Source: Myxococcales bacterium (GTDB taxonomy: Bacteria > Myxococcota_A > Polyangia > Polyangiales > Polyangiaceae). From it: DNA of 64,000 bases. The DNA lies in NCBI GenBank assembly GCA_043747615.1, contig JAYTOU010000023.1:32001-96000 (forward strand). The letters run 5' to 3'. The notes under the pieces are model-generated. The model did no database searches. It was not told where the DNA came from and was given only the letters and a program-made list of their open reading frames with translations. Positions 33,349 through 42,161 of the stretch are shown one piece after another (the first letter of the stretch is position 1; the number at the start of each line of letters is the position of its first letter). The position numbers and the translations under genes are program-made.

Positions 33349-34248
33349 ATGATCTGCGTGATAGACGCGCGCGATCTCGAACCCGGGCAGGCGGAATATC
33401 CCTCACGCATTCGCGCTCTCGCGGACGCGCCAACGGCGCTCAGCGTCGCGGGCACGCTCGACGATCGCGCACCGACCGTGGCGATCGTCGGCACGCGTGA
33501 GCCCAGCGAAGAAGTTCTCAAGTTCACTTCCCAGCTCGCCGCAGCTTGCGTAAGAGCTGGCGCTGTCGTCGTGTCGGGGGCGGCGTTCGGCGTCGACGCC
33601 GCCGCCCATCGTGGGGCACTCGATGCTGGAGGACGAACCTGGGCCGTAGCACCGTGCGGTCGAGATCACATCGCACCGATCCAGCACAAGCCCCTCTATC
33701 GCGCGATTGTCGACGGCGGCGGAGCCGTGATCTGGCCCTTTGAGCACGCGCAGCCCGCACGGATATGGACGTATTTTCCAAGGAATCGGATTCTCGTCGC
33801 GCTCGCGGACGTCGTCGTGGTCACCCAGGCCGACATCCCTTCGGGCGCGCTCAACGCGGCGAGCTGGGCACGGTCGCTCGGGCGTCCCCTGTGGGTCGTT
33901 CCGGCTTCGCCATGGGTCAGTGGCTTTCGGGGCAGCTGGGCGCTCCTCGACAAGGGAGCGCGCCATCTCACCTCCATCGAGTCTTTTCTCTACGACACGG
34001 GGCTCGTCCCGAAACCCAAGGAGTCGACAGCTCAACTGGAGCTTCCCTCCTCTAATAGGGTGGCGCCAAGAGCCTACTCAGGAGCCGAAACGGCGGTTCT
34101 CGGGAAGCTCGGAACGAAGCCGATTCACATCGACGAGCTCGTCGTTTTGACTGCTCTTTCGACCAGCGCAGCCGTGACAGCCCTCTTGACGCTCTCGTTG
34201 GAGCACGTACTAGTAGAGGGTCCTGACGGCTTCTTCCGTCGTTCATAA
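33349..34248 (+). CDS. dprA: DNA-processing protein DprA/Smf
   Basis: VAIVGTR, VVSGAAFGVDAAAH, FPRNRI, SGAL; upstream of topA. Confidence 0.9.
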   Translation: MICVIDARDLEPGQAEYPSRIRALADAPTALSVAGTLDDRAPTVAIVGTREPSEEVLKFTSQLAAACVRAGAVVVSGAAFGVDAAAHRGALDAGGRTWAVAPCGRDHIAPIQHKPLYRAIVDGGGAVIWPFEHAQPARIWTYFPRNRILVALADVVVVTQADIPSGALNAASWARSLGRPLWVVPASPWVSGFRGSWALLDKGARHLTSIESFLYDTGLVPKPKESTAQLELPSSNRVAPRAYSGAETAVLGKLGTKPIHIDELVVLTALSTSAAVTALLTLSLEHVLVEGPDGFFRRS

Positions 34249-34305
34249 TGTTGTAAGCATCCGAATTCACTGGCGATTTTAGGTCGCTACCGAGAGCCGA
34301 TCCCG

Positions 34306-36663
34306 ATGGGAAAAACGCTTGTGGTCGTGGAGTCTCCGGCAAAGGCCAAGACGATCAAGAAGTACTTGGGGGCGAAGTACGAGGTCCTCGCGTCCAAGGG
34401 GCACGTCAAAGACCTCCCCAAAAAGATGGGGATCGACGTCGAAAACGGATTCGAGGAGACGTACGAGGTCATCGCCGGCAAGGAAAAAGTCCTTACCGAG
34501 CTCAAGGCTGCAGCCAAGCTCGCGGACGTCGTCTTGCTCGCAACCGACCCTGATCGCGAGGGGGAAGCCATCGCCTGGCACCTCGCCGAGGAGCTCGGGG
34601 GCAAGAAGAAAGTCACCAAGCGCGTCGAGTTCCACGAGATCACCAAGAACGGCGTCTTGAAGGGGGTCGCGAATCCGCGCGCGCTCAACAAGCATCTTTA
34701 CGACGCGCAGCGCTGCCGCCGAGTCCTCGATCGCATCGTGGGCTACGACGTCTCGGCCCTCGTTTGGTCGAAGCTCGCCTTCGGGCTTTCTGCAGGGCGA
34801 GTCCAGAGCGTTGCCCTGCGACTCATCGTGGACCGCGAGCGCGAGATCGATGCGTTCATTCCCGAGGAGTACTGGAACTGCGCGGTCGGGCTCGCCAAGA
34901 AAGAGGGAGCGAAGCTCCTTGCCCGTCTCACGCAGCGCGACGGAAAGAAATTTCCCGTCCTAAACGGTGACACGGCCGCGGAGGTGCGCGCGCATCTCGA
35001 GAAGGCAACGTTCAGGGTCGCGAAGATCACGAAGAACGAGCGCAAGCGCCACGCGCCGCCCCCGTACACGACGAGCAAGCTCCAGCAGGACGCCGTCAAT
35101 CGCCTTGGATTTGGCGCCAAACGCTCGATGCAGGTCGCGCAGGGTCTTTACGAGGGCGTTGATCTCGGGAAGGAAGACGGCGGCTCCGTCGGTCTCATCA
35201 CGTACATGCGTACCGACTCCACGCGCTCGTCGCCGGAAGCGGTCGCCGAGGCGCGCGAGCACATCACGACGCGCTACGGAAAAGAGTTCGTCCCCGCCGA
35301 GCCCAACGCCTTCAAGGCGAAGAAAGGCGCGCAAGACGCCCACGAAGCCATCCGTCCCACCAGCCTGGATCTCCCTCCCGAGAGCGTGCGCAAGCACCTG
35401 AAGGACGAACAATTCAAGCTCTACAAAATGATCTGGGAGCGTTTCCTCGCGAGCCAGATGAAGGACGCGGTCTACGACCAGACCGGGATCGACATCGAAG
35501 CAAAGGCGAAGGACGCGCCGGCGTACACCCTTCGCGCGGGCGGACGCGTTCTGAAATTCGCTGGATGGCTCGCAGCGTACGGCGAAGGCGAAAACAAGAC
35601 GGAGCAAGCCGGCGAGGAGACGACGGGCGTCCCCGCAGAAGACGACGAAGCGCTCCTTCCCGAGGTCCACGACAACGAGATCCTCCTCCTCGCGACGCCC
35701 CCCGGCGTAATCACCGAGCAGAAATTCACGCAGCCGCCGCCGCGGTACAACGAAGGGTCGCTCGTTCGTGAGCTCGAAGAGCGCGGCATCGGACGGCCGA
35801 GCACGTACGCCGAGATCATCAGCAAAGTTCAGGCGCGCGACTACGTCGAGAAGCTCGAGGGGCGTTTCCATCCGACGACGCTCGGAAAATACGTGGTCGA
35901 CGGGCTCGTGAAGAGCGCGCTCGACTTCATGGATCCGGCGTTCACGTCCAGCATGGAAGCCGAGCTCGACGAGGTCGAAGCGGGGAACGAAGACCGCGTC
36001 GTCCTCCTGTCACGATTCTACAAAAAATTCAGAACGCAGCTCGACGCCTCCAAGAAGGGCTCGCGCTGGAATCCCGATCCCGAGCCCACCGACGAGCTCT
36101 GCGATCTCGACGGCGGCGTCATGATGAAGCGCTGGTCCAAGAACGGTTGGTTCTTGGGTTGCGCGAACTATCCAAAATGCAAAAACACGCGCGACCTCGG
36201 GCCCGACGGAAACGGCTCTAGCGCGCCCCCAGAACCGACGGGCATCGACTGCGACAAGTGCGGCAAACCGATGATCAAGCGCAGTGGGCGCTACGGAGAA
36301 TTCCTGTCGTGCACCGGCTACCCGGGGTGCAAGAACGCGAAGCCCATTCCGCTCGGCGTCCCGTGTCCCAAGTGCGGAGGTGATCTCATCGAGGTGCGCC
36401 CGCGCAAAAAGGGAGGACGCACGTTCTACGGCTGCTCGAACTACAACAACGAAACTCTCAAGTGCGATTTCAAGCTCTGGCAGAAGCCGATCAAAGAGCC
36501 CTGCCCGCTTTGCAACGCGGGGTTTCTCATCATGGCCGGCTCCAAGAACAAGCCGATGATTGCCTGCGCAAGCAAGGAGTGCGGCTACAAGCGCTCAGTC
36601 GATGATCCGCCGGAGCCCGCTAACGATGCTCCGGGTCACGTCGCCGAAACTCCGGCCGCCTAG
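34306..36663 (+). CDS. topA: DNA topoisomerase I
   Basis: VESPAK, ATDPDREGE, SAGRVQS, ITYMRTDS, GIGRPSTY; C-terminal zinc ribbons. Confidence 0.97.
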   Translation: MGKTLVVVESPAKAKTIKKYLGAKYEVLASKGHVKDLPKKMGIDVENGFEETYEVIAGKEKVLTELKAAAKLADVVLLATDPDREGEAIAWHLAEELGGKKKVTKRVEFHEITKNGVLKGVANPRALNKHLYDAQRCRRVLDRIVGYDVSALVWSKLAFGLSAGRVQSVALRLIVDREREIDAFIPEEYWNCAVGLAKKEGAKLLARLTQRDGKKFPVLNGDTAAEVRAHLEKATFRVAKITKNERKRHAPPPYTTSKLQQDAVNRLGFGAKRSMQVAQGLYEGVDLGKEDGGSVGLITYMRTDSTRSSPEAVAEAREHITTRYGKEFVPAEPNAFKAKKGAQDAHEAIRPTSLDLPPESVRKHLKDEQFKLYKMIWERFLASQMKDAVYDQTGIDIEAKAKDAPAYTLRAGGRVLKFAGWLAAYGEGENKTEQAGEETTGVPAEDDEALLPEVHDNEILLLATPPGVITEQKFTQPPPRYNEGSLVRELEERGIGRPSTYAEIISKVQARDYVEKLEGRFHPTTLGKYVVDGLVKSALDFMDPAFTSSMEAELDEVEAGNEDRVVLLSRFYKKFRTQLDASKKGSRWNPDPEPTDELCDLDGGVMMKRWSKNGWFLGCANYPKCKNTRDLGPDGNGSSAPPEPTGIDCDKCGKPMIKRSGRYGEFLSCTGYPGCKNAKPIPLGVPCPKCGGDLIEVRPRKKGGRTFYGCSNYNNETLKCDFKLWQKPIKEPCPLCNAGFLIMAGSKNKPMIACASKECGYKRSVDDPPEPANDAPGHVAETPAA

Positions 36664-36782
36664 TCCGACTCGGAAGGCGCGACTACGTGCGCGGTGACCG
36701 CCAGGAACGCAGCGACCTCGGGATCGCTGATCGGTTGTCCCTGCTCCGGCTGGAGAATCGCGTCGACGGTTGACTTCAGAAA

Positions 36783-37316
36783 CTACTTCTTAGCTTTTTT
36801 CTCGACGATGTCGTCGTGCATCGGCGCGATGAGGGCGAAGACTTCGCTCTTCTCTTTTTCGCCGACCTTGTTCTCGTCGAGCGCGAGCGTGAAGTCTTTC
36901 ACGAAGGCATCCCAGTGCGCTTCCGTAAGGCCCATGCCCTTGTGCGCCGCTTTCATGTCCTTGCCCGAGTACTTGCACGGCCCTCCCGAAGCTTCGCAGA
37001 TTTGCTCGATCATGACCTGCTTCAGGTGATCGAGCCTGGGCCCGGTGGTCTTAGCGAAGAGTTTCTTGATGTCCGGGTCGGCGGCTGCGTTCTTGAGTAA
37101 GGAGTCGATTACGGCCGAGATGGCCTCTTTGCCTCCGAGGCGCTCGAAGAGCGTTTTCGGGGCCGGGGGTGCGGCGTCCGCGGGCTCTACGCCGGCGTCG
37201 CCATGGGTGTCAGTCGTCGACGGTTCCATCGGCTTCGGCGGTTTTTTGCCTCCGCAAGCGACGAGGGCGAGGGACGCAATCGTAATAATGGCTGCACCGG
37301 TAAGCTTGATTTTCAT
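36783..37316 (-). CDS. Group I truncated (2/2) hemoglobin with lipoprotein signal
   Basis: LALVAC lipobox; TLFERLGG, ASGGP..YSG.DM..AH.GM motifs. Start set at ATG 37316. Confidence 0.85.
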   Translation of the reverse strand: MKIKLTGAAIITIASLALVACGGKKPPKPMEPSTTDTHGDAGVEPADAAPPAPKTLFERLGGKEAISAVIDSLLKNAAADPDIKKLFAKTTGPRLDHLKQVMIEQICEASGGPCKYSGKDMKAAHKGMGLTEAHWDAFVKDFTLALDENKVGEKEKSEVFALIAPMHDDIVEKKAKK

Positions 37317-37494
37317 GGGATTGCCTCTCTCGATCGGTGAATCTGAGGGGCACATTAGGCGGATCCGGCCAGAAAAATCCAAGAACTTTCGGGACCCGTG
37401 CGCACGACCCGCTTCGTTAGTTTTTGGCAAATTGAAAAAAATAGGGCGAAAACCAATGCACGTACGCCACGCGTCGCAGAGGTAGAGCAATCTT

Positions 37495-39363
37495 TTGAGC
37501 ACCTGCAGTCTACAAATCGCCGGTTTCACGGTGCTTCGTTCCGAGGGTGGGCCTCCGGAAGCGGAGTACGTGTTGTTCGACAGCGCGGAGATCGAGCTGC
37601 GCTCGGTCGCGCTTCAGAGCGTGCGCGAGACCGGGTACCGAACGACTGTGGGCAACGCCCTCGAGCGCTTGGAGGCCGCGGGCATTACCGTCGCCCTCGC
37701 CTGCGAGGCAGCGGAAGCTCTCGCCCCTGCCCTCCGAGCTGCGTACGCGCGAGGGGCGGCGCGACGGGCCGTTCAGCTCCTTGGTCCTGCGGAGCTGTTC
37801 GACGGTTATGTGTATGATGCACACACCAAGAGCTACCAAGGTCTGTGGGTCGATCTGCAAGCGCTCGCGACCGACCTCAACGTTCCCAATGCGAGCGCGG
37901 TGATGCAGGCGATGTCGCTCGTGAGCCTTCTCGCGGACTCGCCACGCAAAGCCGAGCTTCATCTCTCGACGGCGGACTACACGAGGGACCGGCGGGTCGG
38001 AGAGCGCTCGCATCGGAGGGTCTCGATGAAGAACGCCGAGCTTCTGCCGGATGCGCTACGCATGCTCGCCTTGCGCAAGGCGTTCGAGGCGGATGCGACC
38101 CACACCGGATCGGAGCTCCTCGAGATTCTCGGCAAGCGCGGGACGGTCGACTCAGCGCGGCTCAGAAAAATTCAGGATGCGTTATCGGTCTCCGAGCCTC
38201 CTCGGCGCGGCCCTCTTTCCGATCCCGCAATCTGGACGATCGAAACCAATCTCTCCGCAGGGGAGACCGAAGCGGTGATCGAGCACATCGACATGCTCGA
38301 GCGCACGCGTGGTCGGCAACCCGGCACGATTTATCTGCGAAGCCGAGCGGCGTTGATGCTTGGCTCCGAAGCACCCGAAGTCATCGCCGAGCGGCTCTCG
38401 CAACTCTCGATCTCTCACTCTTTCCCGGAGCTCGAGCTGCTCACGGCGCAAGCGTGGTGGGCGGCGGGAAAGCCTTCACGCGCGCTCCCGTTTGCCCGCA
38501 ACATTCTCGCGAGCCCGCACACATCCGAAGAAGTGCGTGCGCGCGCCGAGCTGATCATGGGCCGAGCTTCGGCCGAAGAGGAAAAAGGCGCCGCCTCCCA
38601 GGATCGCTCGACGCCAGCGGTTCGCTCTCTTCGCCCGATCTCGACGCCGGATCTGCCCGTCGAACAGAGGCGAACGGCTCCGCCGGGTGCCCCGCAGCCT
38701 TCGACGCAGCGTGATTCGGGCGACGGTTATTTCTCGGGTCTCGATCTGGAGCACTCGCCGGTCCCTGCCGTGCTCCTCGGAGGTGGACAGGTGAAGCCCT
38801 GGATGCAGGGCGCGTCGATGCCGCCGTTTCGCTCCGATTTTCCCCCCGCGAACGCCGGCCTGGCCTCGCCGCGCTTCGAGCCGCGCCCCACGGAGCTGGT
38901 CGAGACCCTGAGCCGGCCTCCCGGAATACATGGAGCGAGCCCGGTCGAAGACGGCCTTCCGCGGAGCGTGAGCGAGGCGCGCCTTACGTTCACCCATCTG
39001 TCACGCGAGCTTGGTCGCGAGTACCGTCTGCGCTTTGGTAGCGTGCTGAGGACGGATCTCGAAGGTCTCGAGCTCGTGCAGACGAAGCTCCGCGAGACGT
39101 TCCCGGACGGCATCATTCGTACATCGGAAGAAGCGCTCTTCCTTCGTAAGCACGGAGCGTTCTTGTCCGAGCTCATCGCACGAAACCTCGGCGCCGAATG
39201 GAGCGACATCAGCCCGAGCGAATTTGGTTACTGGGCGATGATCGTCCCCCCCGCGACCCGCATCTGGCCGTTCGGACGCATCCTTCGTTTCCTTTTCGTC
39301 GGGACGAAAGAGCGCGACCTCGTCAGCTACTACTTAGAGCTGAATGCGCGCGGACGAACGTAG
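37495..39363 (+). CDS. Multidomain hypothetical protein (N-terminal domain + TPR-like + Pro-rich linker + C-terminal domain)
   Basis: 622-aa ORF abutting greB; helical repeats in the middle; N-terminus reminiscent of the HEPN/Toprim N-terminal domain. Confidence 0.6.
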   Translation: MSTCSLQIAGFTVLRSEGGPPEAEYVLFDSAEIELRSVALQSVRETGYRTTVGNALERLEAAGITVALACEAAEALAPALRAAYARGAARRAVQLLGPAELFDGYVYDAHTKSYQGLWVDLQALATDLNVPNASAVMQAMSLVSLLADSPRKAELHLSTADYTRDRRVGERSHRRVSMKNAELLPDALRMLALRKAFEADATHTGSELLEILGKRGTVDSARLRKIQDALSVSEPPRRGPLSDPAIWTIETNLSAGETEAVIEHIDMLERTRGRQPGTIYLRSRAALMLGSEAPEVIAERLSQLSISHSFPELELLTAQAWWAAGKPSRALPFARNILASPHTSEEVRARAELIMGRASAEEEKGAASQDRSTPAVRSLRPISTPDLPVEQRRTAPPGAPQPSTQRDSGDGYFSGLDLEHSPVPAVLLGGGQVKPWMQGASMPPFRSDFPPANAGLASPRFEPRPTELVETLSRPPGIHGASPVEDGLPRSVSEARLTFTHLSRELGREYRLRFGSVLRTDLEGLELVQTKLRETFPDGIIRTSEEALFLRKHGAFLSELIARNLGAEWSDISPSEFGYWAMIVPPATRIWPFGRILRFLFVGTKERDLVSYYLELNARGRT

Positions 39364-39834
39364 ATGGGTGATCCGAATTACATCACGCGCGACGGAGCGA
39401 AGCGTTTGCAGGAGGAGCTGTCGAGCCTTCTCTGGAAGGAGCGCCCAAAAGTCGTTCAAGACGTGCAAGACGCGGCGGCGCAGGGCGATCGCAGCGAGAA
39501 CGCCGAGTACATCTACGGGAAGAAAAAGCTCCGCGAGATCGATCGACGCATCCGCTTTTTGACGAAGCGACTCGAGGCCGTGGAGATCGTCGAGCCTAAC
39601 ACCACCGCCAAAGGACGCATCTTCTTCGGCGCCACCGTGGAGCTCGAAGACGAAAACGGCGGCCGATCGCGCTACCGCATCGTGGGCGAGGACGAGATCG
39701 ACTTGAAGCGCGGTGACATCAGCTGGCGTTCACCGCTGGCGCGCGTTCTCCTTAAAAAGCAGAAGGGCGACGTAGTCTTGCTACGCCGCCCGAATGGTGA
39801 AGTGGAGCTTTCGGTAACTGCCGTCAGCTACTGA
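39364..39834 (+). CDS. greB: Transcription elongation factor GreB
   Basis: NYIT..G, AAAQGDRSENAEYIYGKKKLREIDRRIRFL, ISW.SPLAR. Confidence 0.95.
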   Translation: MGDPNYITRDGAKRLQEELSSLLWKERPKVVQDVQDAAAQGDRSENAEYIYGKKKLREIDRRIRFLTKRLEAVEIVEPNTTAKGRIFFGATVELEDENGGRSRYRIVGEDEIDLKRGDISWRSPLARVLLKKQKGDVVLLRRPNGEVELSVTAVSY

Positions 39835-40706
39835 ATCTTGACGGCGCCGTTGTGGCGGGCCGCGGAGGACTCATCGTGCAAGTAGAAGGTGTAGTTGCCC
39901 GTGCCGGTGACCATGCGGACCTTGTCTTTGCCGCCCGAAGCGATTTCATTGCCGGGGTTGGTGTCGCCGTGGAAGAAACCGTTCGTCACGTTGTTGGAGT
40001 GAATGATGTGAGTGCTGGAGGTGTCGGCGTTCACGAACTCCACGGCGATCGGCGTGCCGCCCGCGTTGACCACGATCGGTGCGGCGCCGAACACGTTGTT
40101 GTCGGGGAGGCCGGCAATGTTGTTCGGAATGGTGATGGTGAGGATCGGCTTCACGCTGTACGCTATCGGAGCAACGGCGCTCAGGGTGCCTGCGTTGCCC
40201 GTCACCTTGACTGCGGCGGCTGCGGAGGTGATCGACGCGGTAGACGGCGTGTCGAACGAGAGCGTGGTGGACGCCGCGGCCGCACTGTTGATCGTGACCG
40301 TCGGTGTCATGAAGCTTGCGGTGACTCCCGTCGGCAGGCCGCTCGTCACGAGCGTAACGGAGCCGGTAAAGCCGTTCACGGGCGTGACGGTCACGTTGAC
40401 GTTGGTGAGTGAGCGGAGCTCGGTGTCGGCGGTGGCCTTGTCGAGGGTCACGGTGAAGGAGGCCGTCGCGGCAGGGGTGCCAGGGGTGCCGGGAGTGCCG
40501 GGAGTACCAGGAGTTCCCGGGGCGCCGGGAGTGCCGGGGTCCGTGGCCGCGTTCGGGTCTGCGCCCGTTCCGCCCGTTCCGCCGACGTTGTGCCAGTTTC
40601 CGCTGCTCGTGCCGCTTGCGTCGCCGCAACCGCCGAGAGCGACGGCAGTCGCCGCAACGGCGAGGGATACGAAGCGGACGAAGCGGGGGGAGGAGTTCGT
40701 GGCCAT
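39828..40706 (-). CDS. Lipoprotein: (GTP)n linker + Ig-like domain + cupredoxin-like C-terminal domain
   Basis: LGGC lipobox; GFTGSVTL..SGLPTGVTASF Ig-like motif; FVNAD...HIIH...GNYTFYLHD...G.V.I. Confidence 0.7.
   Translation of the reverse strand: MATNSSPRFVRFVSLAVAATAVALGGCGDASGTSSGNWHNVGGTGGTGADPNAATDPGTPGAPGTPGTPGTPGTPGTPAATASFTVTLDKATADTELRSLTNVNVTVTPVNGFTGSVTLVTSGLPTGVTASFMTPTVTINSAAAASTTLSFDTPSTASITSAAAAVKVTGNAGTLSAVAPIAYSVKPILTITIPNNIAGLPDNNVFGAAPIVVNAGGTPIAVEFVNADTSSTHIIHSNNVTNGFFHGDTNPGNEIASGGKDKVRMVTGTGNYTFYLHDESSAARHNGAVKIQ
40473..40539 (-). repeat. 9-bp degenerate tandem repeat encoding (PGT)n
   Basis: Encodes PGTPGAPGTPGTPGTPGTP. Confidence 0.8.
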
Positions 40707-40717
40707 GCCTCCCGCAG

Positions 40718-40733
40718 TGCAAGGTCGAAGCCA
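40718..40733 (-). promoter_or_regulatory. Putative sigma54 promoter
   Basis: Minus strand TGGCTTCGACCTTGCA = GG-N10-GC, ending about 12 nt before the ATG at 40706. Confidence 0.6.
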
Positions 40734-40816
40734 CCGTGTTTCATTTCGGTAACAGCGGGGATTCCAGGGAAATTCGGCTGCCAATGCATCCTCGAAAGAG
40801 GCTTACAGTGTGGGTG

Positions 40817-42157
40817 TCAGTGCAGGTGCCTGGGTCCATGGAAGCCCGATGTGAGCTTGGTCCGATCCAGGCGTCGCGAAATCACGAGGCCGATCGCGAT
40901 AAGCAGCGCGATCGCGCTCGAGGAATTTTCGGTCGCCACCAAACCGCAGCCGCATGCCCCGCGAGGCTTGACCGACGGTCGCCCTGCGTCTCCGACAGAA
41001 GCATCCGGGGCCGCGTCGATGGCATCGTCCGCTGGCGGGATCGCGGGAACGAGGGCGGCATGAGTCGCTGGCCACTTTTCAGCGCACGTCGCGCCGGCTC
41101 CTCCATCGCAGGAGACCGGGCCCTGCACGTCGACAAAGGCGTTCAACGTCTCGAACGTCGTGCCTTCGTCCTTCGACACCGCGATGGCGAAGCCGCCCTT
41201 CTTGCCATAGGGGGACGAGCACGCGAACAGCTTGTCGCCGCGCGCGTGGAGGCAGAGCACACGAAAGCGATTCACCTGCGCCCACGTGAGGCCGCGATCG
41301 CGCGAGCGCCAGATTCCGTCGGCAGGATCTCCCGAACCCGCCCAATAAACAGCGCCGTCTTCACTCTTCGCAAATCCGAACATCGAGCTGCCCATGTGAA
41401 GCACGCTGCGGAACGTCGCACCTCCGTCCTCCGTGAGGAGCACGTCGCTTCCGCCTGCGTGAAGCGCGCGAACGAAGACACGGTCCGGATTTTTCGGATC
41501 GACGGCGGCAATGAAGAGGCGTGCATCGAATGGAAGCGTGGGATGGAGCTCGACCATCTCTGCGCTACGTTCGCCCCGAAAGAAGCGAGCGCGGGCGCCC
41601 TTCCCTTCAGGCTCTCCGGTCACATAAAAGCGTGACGGCCGCGAAGGCGCGATCTCCACGGTCTCCAGGCGCATGTGAGCGACGCCGCCGCGGACGATCT
41701 CCGCTCTGCCGTTCCTGTCGAGGTACACCACGTGTCCGTCTTTCGAAGGCGTGGACGTGAGCGCCACGAGCAGCGTCCCCTTCGGATCCGTCGTGAGGTC
41801 GGCAACATATTCTCCGTCGAGGCCCAAGGCTGGTGCGCTCTCGCAAGCATCAGCGGTCGAACGAAGGCCGTCGCTGAGGCCGATCCAGAGCTTTCCGTCT
41901 CCGGTCACCGCCAACGGCGGATCCCACGTGCCGGAAAATCCGAGCGCCTGCTCGCACATCCATTGCCAGGTTTTTCCAGCGTCACGAGAGACGAGAACGC
42001 CGAACGTAGTGCGCAGGAAAATCGCTCCGTCTGCGGAGCCTGGCGTGGTGACGATCGCCTGTGCTGCGGGGAAACGCCCGTTCGCATGCGCGGCGCGTGG
42101 CGCGTAGACTGTGAGGACGGTGAGGGCGATCGCAAGTCGGCGGAAAAAGAGAAGCAC
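40817..42157 (-). CDS. BNR/Asp-box beta-propeller protein with MYXO-CTERM-like tail
   Basis: SRDAGKTW, TEDGGATF, SRDRGLTW, SKDEGTTF Asp-boxes; GACGC-hydrophobic-RR C-terminus. Confidence 0.8.
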   Translation of the reverse strand: MLLFFRRLAIALTVLTVYAPRAAHANGRFPAAQAIVTTPGSADGAIFLRTTFGVLVSRDAGKTWQWMCEQALGFSGTWDPPLAVTGDGKLWIGLSDGLRSTADACESAPALGLDGEYVADLTTDPKGTLLVALTSTPSKDGHVVYLDRNGRAEIVRGGVAHMRLETVEIAPSRPSRFYVTGEPEGKGARARFFRGERSAEMVELHPTLPFDARLFIAAVDPKNPDRVFVRALHAGGSDVLLTEDGGATFRSVLHMGSSMFGFAKSEDGAVYWAGSGDPADGIWRSRDRGLTWAQVNRFRVLCLHARGDKLFACSSPYGKKGGFAIAVSKDEGTTFETLNAFVDVQGPVSCDGGAGATCAEKWPATHAALVPAIPPADDAIDAAPDASVGDAGRPSVKPRGACGCGLVATENSSSAIALLIAIGLVISRRLDRTKLTSGFHGPRHLH

Positions 42158-42161
42158 CGCT

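Noticed and set aside
34236..34265. dif-like 'CGTTCATAATGTTGTAAG' between dprA and topA
   Set aside because: Only the left arm resembles dif; the XerD arm (TTATGTTAAAT) is absent.
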